From the NCBI GenBank assembly GCA_964552395.1, contig CAZKGM010000015.1:2853-66852 (forward strand): a DNA stretch of 64,000 bases, written 5' to 3'. The notes below the pieces were generated by a model that made no database searches, was not told the DNA's origin, and saw only the letters and a program-made list of their open reading frames with translations. This DNA comes from an uncultured Thermoanaerobaculia bacterium (lineage in GTDB: Bacteria; Acidobacteriota; Thermoanaerobaculia; Thermoanaerobaculales; Sulfomarinibacteraceae). The first letter of the stretch is position 1; the number at the start of each line of letters is the position of its first letter. A program made the translations under genes and the position numbers. This document shows positions 17,488 through 24,901 of the stretch, piece by piece.

Positions 17488-17576
17488 CTGAACCGCGAAG
17501 GCGCGAAGAACGCAAAGATCAGAAGAGAATAAGCTTCCTTTGCGGACTTGGCGGCCTTAGCGGCTTGGCAGTTCAG
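17488..17576. repeat. hairpin-forming copy of the 9-nt-periodic intergenic element family, between convergent genes
   Basis: CTGAAC-CGCGAAGGC-GCGAAGAAC-GCAAAG / spacer ATCAGAAGAGAATAAGCTTC / CTTTGCGGACTTGGCGGCCTTAGCGGCTTGGCA-GTTCAG. The termini CTGAAC and GTTCAG are exact inverted repeats. Confidence 0.6.
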
Positions 17577-17624
17577 ACGTCATTCCCAGCTTTCACTGGT
17601 CGCATGCGGCCCAAGGGGGTTCCG

Positions 17625-18677
17625 TCACCCGCCGATGGGGCGCAGGAACGTTACCACCGGCCGCCAGGTCCAGCCCGAGAGGACTATGGCGGCGACCACC
17701 GGCGTCTTGAGCTCGTCGAGGTTGAAGGCGTAACGGTAGGCGGCGTCCACCCGCCAGCCGTCATCGCGGAACAGCACTCCGTACTGCGCGCCGGCCTCCA
17801 CCTGGCAGAATACGATGCCACGGAAGAACGATGCCGACCAAGCTGCCGTCGGCACCCCTGCGGACCACCTGACCTTGCGCTGTGAATCGATCGCACGGAC
17901 AATGCGCCGCTCGGGATCGAGCCGCATCGTGACGCGGTGAACGATCGTCAACCCAGCTTTTTCGAACAGCCCGGTCCACCGTGCGTCGGCGAGACGCCAC
18001 TCGGCAGTCATCCTCCCCGGCCGCTTCTCACGGATGGCGGCGGGCACGTCGAGCTCATTGATCTCGAGCAGGCGGGAGCGCAAGGCATCGAAGTCGAGAG
18101 GCCGCGTCTTCCTGGGCGGTTCGATGCTGGCCGCCCACGCCGCTCCCCGCGCCATCGCCACCGCAACCAGTACCACGTAGATGCCGACCCCCCACAGGAA
18201 CAGCCCAAGGTGATGTTTAAGGAGCTCGTAGACCAGGTTCTTCTCGGGGTTCTCAACGATGAATGGAAGGGCGGCCAGCGCACTGTCCACCTGCCGCCGG
18301 TCCCTGCCCTCGATCGAGAGCACGAAACCGTCGACGGGAAGGATCCGTCCGGCGCGACCGTCGTCGGAGCGGATGTACCGCCAGTCGTGCCCGGTCTTGT
18401 CGATCCTCTTCATCGGCACCGTCGCAGCGAGCTCATCGGCGGTCTTCCCGGCCCCCTCCACGACATCGGCCCGCCGCACGACCACCATCGCGCCCTCAAC
18501 CTGCCGCTCCGCGCCGACCCAGGCGCCCGGCTCAGCGTCCTGCGATAGCACGAACGGCGGCGGCCCGAGCAGGCCGAGCAGGAGGAGGCCGGCCGTGGGG
18601 CCGGCGATCGAGACGAAGGCGGCCGGAAACAGGACGATCACGCGCCAGCGCCGGCACCGCAACGGCGGACCTTCCAT
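17625..18677 (-). CDS. hypothetical membrane protein (two TM segments, no recognisable domain)
   Basis: 350-aa ORF with balanced composition. TM1 WRVIVLFPAAFVSIAGPTAGLLLLGLLG, TM2 LGLFLWGVGIYVVLVAVAMARGAAW. The C-terminal ~170 aa is a soluble domain. No motif I recognise. Confidence 0.6.
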   Translation of the reverse strand: MEGPPLRCRRWRVIVLFPAAFVSIAGPTAGLLLLGLLGPPPFVLSQDAEPGAWVGAERQVEGAMVVVRRADVVEGAGKTADELAATVPMKRIDKTGHDWRYIRSDDGRAGRILPVDGFVLSIEGRDRRQVDSALAALPFIVENPEKNLVYELLKHHLGLFLWGVGIYVVLVAVAMARGAAWAASIEPPRKTRPLDFDALRSRLLEINELDVPAAIREKRPGRMTAEWRLADARWTGLFEKAGLTIVHRVTMRLDPERRIVRAIDSQRKVRWSAGVPTAAWSASFFRGIVFCQVEAGAQYGVLFRDDGWRVDAAYRYAFNLDELKTPVVAAIVLSGWTWRPVVTFLRPIGG

Positions 18678-18749
18678 CTCACCTCCCTGGGAAGAACACC
18701 ATCAAGTGTGACCGATCTCCTGAGACATTTCCAGCCCGACCCCGGGGGC

Positions 18750-19415
18750 TCAGGCGACGAGCTTCCCGGAGGTGGTGATCTCGACCCCGCGCGCTGCGAG
18801 GTCGCGCCGCACACGCTCATCCGAGGCGCGATCTACGGGACGGCTCAGGTCCCACAGCACGACGGTGCGGAAGCCGGCGGCCCGGGCATCCTCGGCGCTC
18901 CACTTGACACAGAAGTCGCGGGCCAGGCCGCAGATCACCACCTGCTCCACACCCAGCTCGAGCAGCAGGCCGGCAAGCCCGGTGGGTGGCCGTCGGCCGT
19001 GCCTGTCCCAGTTATTGCGGAAGCAAGAGTAGGAGTCGACCTCCGGGTCGTTTCCCTTGCGCACGATGGCCGAGACGCAGGCCCAGGGCAGGGCATCGTG
19101 AAGCGCGGCGCCGGGTGTCTTCTGCACGCAGTGTTCGGGCCACAGAATCTGCTCCCTGCCCCACAGATCGATCACGTCAAAGGGGCTCCGGCCAGGGTGG
19201 CTCGACGCGAACGAGATGTGGCCCGGGGGATGCCAGTCCTGGGTGGCGATGACACGGCCGAACATCCCGCTCGTCATCAGGCGTCCCACGGGATCGATCA
19301 AGAAGTCCGCCTCGTCCACGGCCAGGGCGCCACCCGGCATGAAGTCCGGCTGCATATCCACAACCAGCAGCGCCGACCGGTCGCGGTCGACGGTGACCTT
19401 CGTTCGTTCGGTCAT
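18750..19415 (-). CDS. pncA: nicotinamidase/pyrazinamidase (isochorismatase superfamily)
   Basis: Trimmed to MTERTKVTVDRDRSALLVVDMQPDF (ATG 19415, GGAGGAA upstream). Catalytic Asp (VVDMQPDF), metal site DWHPPGHISF, Lys (IVRKG) and Cys (ICGLARDFCV). Confidence 0.88.
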   Translation of the reverse strand: MTERTKVTVDRDRSALLVVDMQPDFMPGGALAVDEADFLIDPVGRLMTSGMFGRVIATQDWHPPGHISFASSHPGRSPFDVIDLWGREQILWPEHCVQKTPGAALHDALPWACVSAIVRKGNDPEVDSYSCFRNNWDRHGRRPPTGLAGLLLELGVEQVVICGLARDFCVKWSAEDARAAGFRTVVLWDLSRPVDRASDERVRRDLAARGVEITTSGKLVA

Positions 19416-19678
19416 CTTCTTTCCTCCACCTCGAGCCAACCTCCCTTCATCACAACATAGCTTGGCCGGGGAGCAATCCGACGGCCCCGCGCGCCCGAGC
19501 ATGGATTCCTGAGCGGCAGGGAGTCCGGCCACCTCATCACCACCATGACGCGGAGTGCAGCCGGGCTCGAGGTCGGCCGTTCTCCGAGGTGTCACTTTGC
19601 GCTCGCGCCTCGCACCGTGTCTAATAGAGCCTAGGCCCAGCTGAATGGTGGTCTAGGGCTGGAGGTTGGAGGCCGGAC

Positions 19679-20353
19679 GTGCGGATTCTCGTGGTGGAGG
19701 ACGATTCCCACATCGCCGACTTTCTTGAGCGAGGCCTGACGGAGCACGGCTACGCGGTCGACGTTGCCGGCTCGGCCGAGACCGCCCTGGATCTCGTGAG
19801 CGAAGGCGTGCACGACGCCTTGATCGTGGACCTGATGCTGCCCGGCATGGACGGCCTGGCCTTCATCGAGCGCTGTCGCGGCCAAGGAGTGGCGGCACCG
19901 GTCCTGATCCTGTCGGCGCTGCGGTCGGTGGACGACCGGGTGCGCGGGCTCCACCTCGGGGGCGACGACTACCTGACCAAGCCGTTCGCACTCGCCGAGC
20001 TGCTCGCCCGGCTGCACGCCCTGCTGCGGAGGGCGACGCCCCAGCAGGCGGAGAGCCCACGTCTACAAGCGGCAGACCTCGAGATCGATCTCCTGCGGCG
20101 AGAGGTGCGCCGAGGTGGACGGCTGATTGCGCTCTCACCGCGCGAGTTCGCGATTCTCGAGTACCTGTGCCGCAACACGGGCCGGGTCCTGACCCGTACC
20201 ATGATCCTCGACCACGTCTGGCATACACGCTTCGACACTCAGACCAACGTCGTGGACGTCTACATCCACCGCCTCCGCGACAAGGTCGACCAGGGGTTTA
20301 CGCGGCAGCTCATCCACACCATCCGTGGGGTCGGCTATGTCCTCAAGGCGTAG
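19679..20353 (+). CDS. OmpR-family response regulator (CusR/CopR-like)
   Basis: GTG start. Receiver RILVVEDD...DLMLPGMDG...ILSA...LTKPF. Winged-helix output LSPREFAILEYL...HTIRGVGYVLK. Confidence 0.92.
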   Translation: MRILVVEDDSHIADFLERGLTEHGYAVDVAGSAETALDLVSEGVHDALIVDLMLPGMDGLAFIERCRGQGVAAPVLILSALRSVDDRVRGLHLGGDDYLTKPFALAELLARLHALLRRATPQQAESPRLQAADLEIDLLRREVRRGGRLIALSPREFAILEYLCRNTGRVLTRTMILDHVWHTRFDTQTNVVDVYIHRLRDKVDQGFTRQLIHTIRGVGYVLKA

Positions 20354-21755
20354 CCGCACGGCTGCCTGGCGTCTCTCGGCCGTCAGCGCCGCGGCGTTCG
20401 CCGTCGGCACCGCGATCGCGTTCGCGGCCGCCTACGCCGCCCTCTCACGATCGATCTTGCACCGCGGCGACGCCTGGCTCGCCGGAGAGGCGCGGTCGGT
20501 CGCCGAGATGGTTGCCACGAGCTCAGCCACCGACGCCAGGAAGCAGTTGGAAGCGGAGGTCAGCGAGCTTGCTCAGGTCGCCTTGCCACCGGACGGCGGG
20601 ATCGCCAGGCCCGAGGACACCCCGGTCCTCTTCTTCGTCGTGCTCGATGCCGGCGGCAAGGTCTGGACGGAGGAGTCGATCGGCGGTGCGGTCGTCGGGC
20701 TCCAGGTCGCCCGCAACGTCGGCCGTTATGTCACGACGCCAACGTGGGAGCGGCTTCCCGGCCGGGAGTACCCGGTACGAGTGATCGCCAACCGGTTGGC
20801 GGACGGCAGGATCGTGGTCACGGGCGTCACGCCGAGCGCCGACCTGGAGCTTCTCGAGAGTACGAGGGAGCTGTTCCTCCAGGTGTGGGCGGGCATGGTC
20901 TTGCTCGGTTTCGCCGTCTCGTGGGTCGGCGTCCGGAGAGTTCTTTCCCGGGTCGACAGAATGGCCCAGGCCGCTGCCGGGATCACCGCTGCCAGCCTCG
21001 ACAGGCGCCTGGACGACCCCGGGCACCGCGACGAGATCTCCAACCTCGCCCTCACCTTCAACGCGATGCTCGACCGCATCCAGGCCGCCGTCGGCCAGGT
21101 CCGCACAATGGCGGACTCGCTGGCCCACGACCTGCGGAGCCCGATCACCTCCCTCAGAGGATCGCTGGAGGGCGCGTTGACGGCGACGGACGAGGCGGCT
21201 CGTCTGGAGGGCCTGGCCGCCGCCATCGACGAGGTCGACCGTCTGACCGCCCTCGTCGACTCGGCCCTCGAGACCGCCGAGGCGGAGGCCGGTGCACTGC
21301 ACCTGACCCGCAGCCGGCTCGACCTCGCCGACCTGGCCGCCGCCCTCACCGACCTCTTCCTGCCGGCGGCGGCCGAGCGCGGCATCGTGCTCGAGCTGCG
21401 GGCGCCGGCGCCGGTGCCGGTCGACGGCGATCCCAACCTCCTGCGGCGCCTCCTGATGAACCTGCTCGACAACGCCACCACCCACCTCGAAAGTGGCTGC
21501 CGGGTGACCATGTCGGTCGCTCCCGAGAACGGCCAGGCGCTGATCGAGGTGTCCGACGACGGGCCCGGGTTCCCCGTCGAGGTGAGGGCGCATGCGTTCG
21601 ACCGCCTGGTGCACGGCCCCGGCTCACCGGGCAAGGGGCTCGGCCTGTCGATCGTCCGCGCCGTCGTCACTGCCCACGGCGGCAGCGTCACCCTCGACCA
21701 CCCCGAGGGCGGCGGCAGCCGCATCAGGGTCCTCCTCCCGACCGCGACCGACTGA
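20337..21755 (+). CDS. sensor histidine kinase (two TM, periplasmic domain, HAMP, HisKA, HATPase_c)
   Basis: Overlaps the RR gene. HAMP ISNLALTFNAMLDRI, H-box DSLAHDLRSPITSL, N box LLMNLLDNATTH, G boxes DDGPGFP / GLGLSIV. Alternative GTG start at 20325. Confidence 0.9.
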   Translation: MSSRRSRTAAWRLSAVSAAAFAVGTAIAFAAAYAALSRSILHRGDAWLAGEARSVAEMVATSSATDARKQLEAEVSELAQVALPPDGGIARPEDTPVLFFVVLDAGGKVWTEESIGGAVVGLQVARNVGRYVTTPTWERLPGREYPVRVIANRLADGRIVVTGVTPSADLELLESTRELFLQVWAGMVLLGFAVSWVGVRRVLSRVDRMAQAAAGITAASLDRRLDDPGHRDEISNLALTFNAMLDRIQAAVGQVRTMADSLAHDLRSPITSLRGSLEGALTATDEAARLEGLAAAIDEVDRLTALVDSALETAEAEAGALHLTRSRLDLADLAAALTDLFLPAAAERGIVLELRAPAPVPVDGDPNLLRRLLMNLLDNATTHLESGCRVTMSVAPENGQALIEVSDDGPGFPVEVRAHAFDRLVHGPGSPGKGLGLSIVRAVVTAHGGSVTLDHPEGGGSRIRVLLPTATD

Positions 21756-21786
21756 CCCGGACCCAGGGACCCACAGGGCGAAAGCT

Positions 21787-22002
21787 CAACCACGAAGACA
21801 CCAAGACCACAAAGGTCTCAACCCAAAGATCTTCCTAGCGTACTTCGCGTGCTTCGCGGCTTTGCGGTTTGCAAACCGTCTCGCCGTCAGCATCGACCCA
21901 GGGAAGTCGAGGCGACGTCTTAGCCGCGAAGTCGCTGAGGACGCTAAGATGAGAAAAGAAAAGTCTTACAGTCGACAGCCGTGGCTTGGCGGTTGGAGAG
22001 CT
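21787..22002. repeat. two adjacent copies of the 9-nt-periodic intergenic element family
   Basis: Copy 1: CAACCACGAAGACACCAAGACCACAAAG (21787-21814) ...ATCTTCCTAGC... CTTCGCGTGCTTCGCGGCTTTGCGGTTTGC (21843-21872, ending in the palindrome GGTTTGCAAACC). Copy 2: CTTAGCCGCGAAGTCGCTGAGGACGCTAAG ATGAGAAAAGAAAAGTC (21919-21965) ... GCCGTGGCTTGGCGGTTGGAGAGC (21979-22002). Confidence 0.55.
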
Positions 22003-22070
22003 CGGTGTTGATTAAAGAACTGTCATGAAACCGCCAGACGGCGTTCACCATCTCTGGCCAAACTCGCGTC

Positions 22071-23168
22071 ATGAGCGAGGCGTCATCCGCGGGCATCTCC
22101 GTCCTTCACATCACCTCCGAGCGGGGTTGGCGGGGCGGAGAGCGCCAGGTCTTTCTCCTCATGCGCGAGCTCGTTCCGCTCGGGATCTCGCAGGCGCTGG
22201 CGGCGCCCGCGGGCTCGCCCCTGATCGAGCACGCGTTTGGCGCCGGCTTCGCTGTCACGCCGCTGCACCCCAAGATGACGCTCCATCCGGCCAACCTCGC
22301 GCGCCTCCTGCGAGCGCTCAACGGAAGCCCGCCGCCAATTCTCCACGTCCACAGCTCACCCGCGCTCACCCTTGCAGCCGCCGCCCGGCGTCTCGGCCGG
22401 GTCATGGGCATTGTCTACACCCGCCGCACAGCTTTCCGGGTTCGGCGCGCGCGCAAGTACCGCACGGCGGCCGATGTCTACGTCGCGGTCTCGGCCGCGG
22501 CGGAGAGTCGTCTGCTGGACGCCGGGACCCCCGTCCAACGGCTGCGCTGCATCCCGGATGCCGTCGACCCGGAGCACATCCGCCTGACCTCGGCCTCGGG
22601 GGTCATCGACTCGGTGACCTCGGCCGGACCGACGGTCCTCAGCGTCGGCCACCTGAGCCCCGAGAAAGGCCACAGGATCCTGCTCGCGGCCTGGCCCTCG
22701 ATCCTCGAACGGGTCCCCGAGGCCCGGCTACTGATCGCCGGCGAGGGCCCCGAGTGGTCCAGGCTGCTGGCGTTGATTCACACCCTCGACCTCACTGCCT
22801 CGATCCGGCTTCTCGGCTTCCGGGAGCCGATCGGGGACCTGCTCGCGAACGCCGATGTGTTCGTGATGCCATCCCTGGAGGAAGGTCTCGGCTCGGCCGC
22901 ACTCGAGGCGATGCGGATGTCGCTGCCGGTGGTGGCGAGCCGAGCCGGCGGCCTGACCGAGGCCGTCGTCGACGGTAGGACGGGCTTGCTGGTGCCGCCA
23001 GGCGAGCCCGGTCCGCTGGCGGACGCGGTGGTCCGCCTGCTCGAGAACGGCGAGGAGCGCGCCAGGATGGGCGAGGCCGCCCGCCTGCGCGCGCGCACCA
23101 CGTTCTCGGCGGAACGCATGGCGGCCGCCTACCTCCGCATCTACCGCGAGCTCGCGGAGGCCCAGTGA
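22071..23168 (+). CDS. glycosyltransferase family 4
   Basis: ISVLHITSERGWRGGERQVFLLMREL, then HLSPEKGHRILL and VFVMPSLEEGLGSAALEAMRMSLPVVASRAGGLTE (E-x7-E). Confidence 0.85.
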   Translation: MSEASSAGISVLHITSERGWRGGERQVFLLMRELVPLGISQALAAPAGSPLIEHAFGAGFAVTPLHPKMTLHPANLARLLRALNGSPPPILHVHSSPALTLAAAARRLGRVMGIVYTRRTAFRVRRARKYRTAADVYVAVSAAAESRLLDAGTPVQRLRCIPDAVDPEHIRLTSASGVIDSVTSAGPTVLSVGHLSPEKGHRILLAAWPSILERVPEARLLIAGEGPEWSRLLALIHTLDLTASIRLLGFREPIGDLLANADVFVMPSLEEGLGSAALEAMRMSLPVVASRAGGLTEAVVDGRTGLLVPPGEPGPLADAVVRLLENGEERARMGEAARLRARTTFSAERMAAAYLRIYRELAEAQ

Positions 23169-23179
23169 GGAGACTTCCC

Positions 23180-24040
23180 ATGAAATACCGTCCCCACGTC
23201 GTCGTCCTTTCCCTGCTGCTGACCGCGACGCCAGCGGCCTTCGCGGCCAAGCCCACCGCCCGTCCACAGGTCCACAAGACGCTGGCGTTCAAGCCGGCGC
23301 ACTCCACAAAGGAACGATCGCAGGAGTCGTTCGCCCGCCGGATGCGCTCCGATCTGGCCGCCCTCCTGTCCCGCCCGGCCCACATGAGATCGCGCGACTG
23401 GGAGCGGCTGGGCATCGGCGTTGCTGCGGTGGGGTCGGCGGCCACCCTCGACAACGAGCTGCAGACGCGGATCCAGCGGCACCGGACCTCGAGCTCCGAC
23501 AGCCTGGCCAACGCCATCCGGCCGGCGGGAGGTTGGGGCGCACTCGGCGCACTCGGCGTCACCTGGCTGGTCGGCGAGGCCGGCCACAACCCGAACCTGA
23601 AGGCGACGGCCGAGGACGGGCTCGAGGCCAGCCTGATCGCCGGCGGGCTGATCACGCCCGCCCTCAAGATCGTCGTCGGCCGTGCGCGTCCCGCGGAGGG
23701 GCTCGGCGCGAGTTCACTCCACCCGTTCTCCCATCGCTACTCCTTTCCTTCGGGCGAGGCGACCGAGGCGTTCGCCGTCGCCTCGGTGGTGTCGGCCCAC
23801 ACCCACAGCCTGCTGCTGAAAGGCGCCGTCTGGGGCCTCGCCGGCGCCGTCGGCTGGGAGAGGATGGACCTCGACCGCCACTGGTCGTCCGACGTGGTGG
23901 CCGGGGCCCTGATCGGGGCCGAGGTCGGGCACTGGGTGGTCGCCCGCCACGAGCGCCGAGCGCCGCGGATGGTCGATGTGGTGATCGTCCCAACGATCGC
24001 GCCCGGTGCGTATGGCGTGTCGGGGGACATCGCCTGGTGA
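23180..24040 (+). CDS. PAP2-superfamily phosphatase, exported/membrane, with non-canonical C2/C3 motifs
   Basis: Signal MKYRPHVVVLSLLLTATPAAFA. C1 KIVVGRARP, C2 SFPSGEA (Glu where PSGH has His; GAG at 23756-23758), C3 ERMDLDRHWSSD. ATG 23180 has GAGGAG upstream. The track ORF starts at GTG 23165, overlapping the GT4 stop. Confidence 0.8.
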   Translation: MKYRPHVVVLSLLLTATPAAFAAKPTARPQVHKTLAFKPAHSTKERSQESFARRMRSDLAALLSRPAHMRSRDWERLGIGVAAVGSAATLDNELQTRIQRHRTSSSDSLANAIRPAGGWGALGALGVTWLVGEAGHNPNLKATAEDGLEASLIAGGLITPALKIVVGRARPAEGLGASSLHPFSHRYSFPSGEATEAFAVASVVSAHTHSLLLKGAVWGLAGAVGWERMDLDRHWSSDVVAGALIGAEVGHWVVARHERRAPRMVDVVIVPTIAPGAYGVSGDIAW

Positions 24041-24116
24041 GCGGTGCAGCCCGCCACACTCGACACACTGTCGGTAGCGCCCCGCGAACCACGAGTGCAA
24101 TTACAGGAGAAGCACG

Positions 24117-24887
24117 ATGGAACAGAGAAGTCGGTCGGGCCTCGTGATCGCCGCTGTAACGGCCACTCTCGCGGTTACCTCATTCGCACGTGCGCCACGC
24201 CAGAGCCCCTCTGGGAGCCCACACGGCGCGACAGCGTGGACAAGGAAGTTCGCCATTGACCGCAGCGACCTCGCCACGAGGGGCCGGAACCGGTACTGGA
24301 TCCTCGAGCCGGGATACCGGATCGTCCTCGAGGGCAAGGGCTCGAAGGTCGCCATCACAGTACTCGACGAGACGGAGAGGGTGGCGTCCTACACAACTCG
24401 AGTCGTCGAGGAAAGAGAGTGGCAGAACGGCCAGCTCGTTGAGGTCTCCAGAGACTTCTATGCCATTTCACGGTCTACCGGAGACCTCTTCTACTTCGGC
24501 GAGGCTGTCGATGCTTACAGGAACGGCGAGATCACGGGTCATCCAGGATCTTGGCGGGCCTTTGTCGGACAGAACAGGCCAGGTCTGATGATGCCGGGGG
24601 CTGCGCGGCTCGGGCTGCGTTACTACCAGGAGCTGGCGCCCGGGGTGGCGATGGACCGGGCGAAGATCGTGAGCCTGGACAGCACGCTGGACACCCCGGC
24701 CGGCACGACCTACGAGCACTGCCTCGAGACTGAAGAGTCCAGCGCTCTCAACACCGAGGAGCGGTCGACCAAGATCTATGCGCCGGACATCGGCCTCATC
24801 CTCGACGACGAGGTCAGCGTTGTCTACCACGGGTTCACCGCGAAGAGGTCTGCGCTGGTGGGATCCCCGGAAGCAAACAAAAACTAG
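24117..24887 (+). CDS. hypothetical exported protein
   Basis: AGGAGAAG SD, signal MEQRSRSGLVIAAVTATLAVTSFA, balanced mature sequence (NRYWILEPGYRIVLEG...). No domain I recognise. Confidence 0.65.
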   Translation: MEQRSRSGLVIAAVTATLAVTSFARAPRQSPSGSPHGATAWTRKFAIDRSDLATRGRNRYWILEPGYRIVLEGKGSKVAITVLDETERVASYTTRVVEEREWQNGQLVEVSRDFYAISRSTGDLFYFGEAVDAYRNGEITGHPGSWRAFVGQNRPGLMMPGAARLGLRYYQELAPGVAMDRAKIVSLDSTLDTPAGTTYEHCLETEESSALNTEERSTKIYAPDIGLILDDEVSVVYHGFTAKRSALVGSPEANKN

Positions 24888-24901
24888 AAAGGAGACGGAC
24901 G

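Noticed and set aside
24041-24116. GAACCACGAGTGCAATTACAGGAGAAGC upstream of the exported-protein gene as another copy of the 9-nt-periodic element.
   Set aside because: Only the AACCAC head matches. There are no 9-nt repeated units and no second arm. The purine-rich part is simply the SD of the downstream gene.
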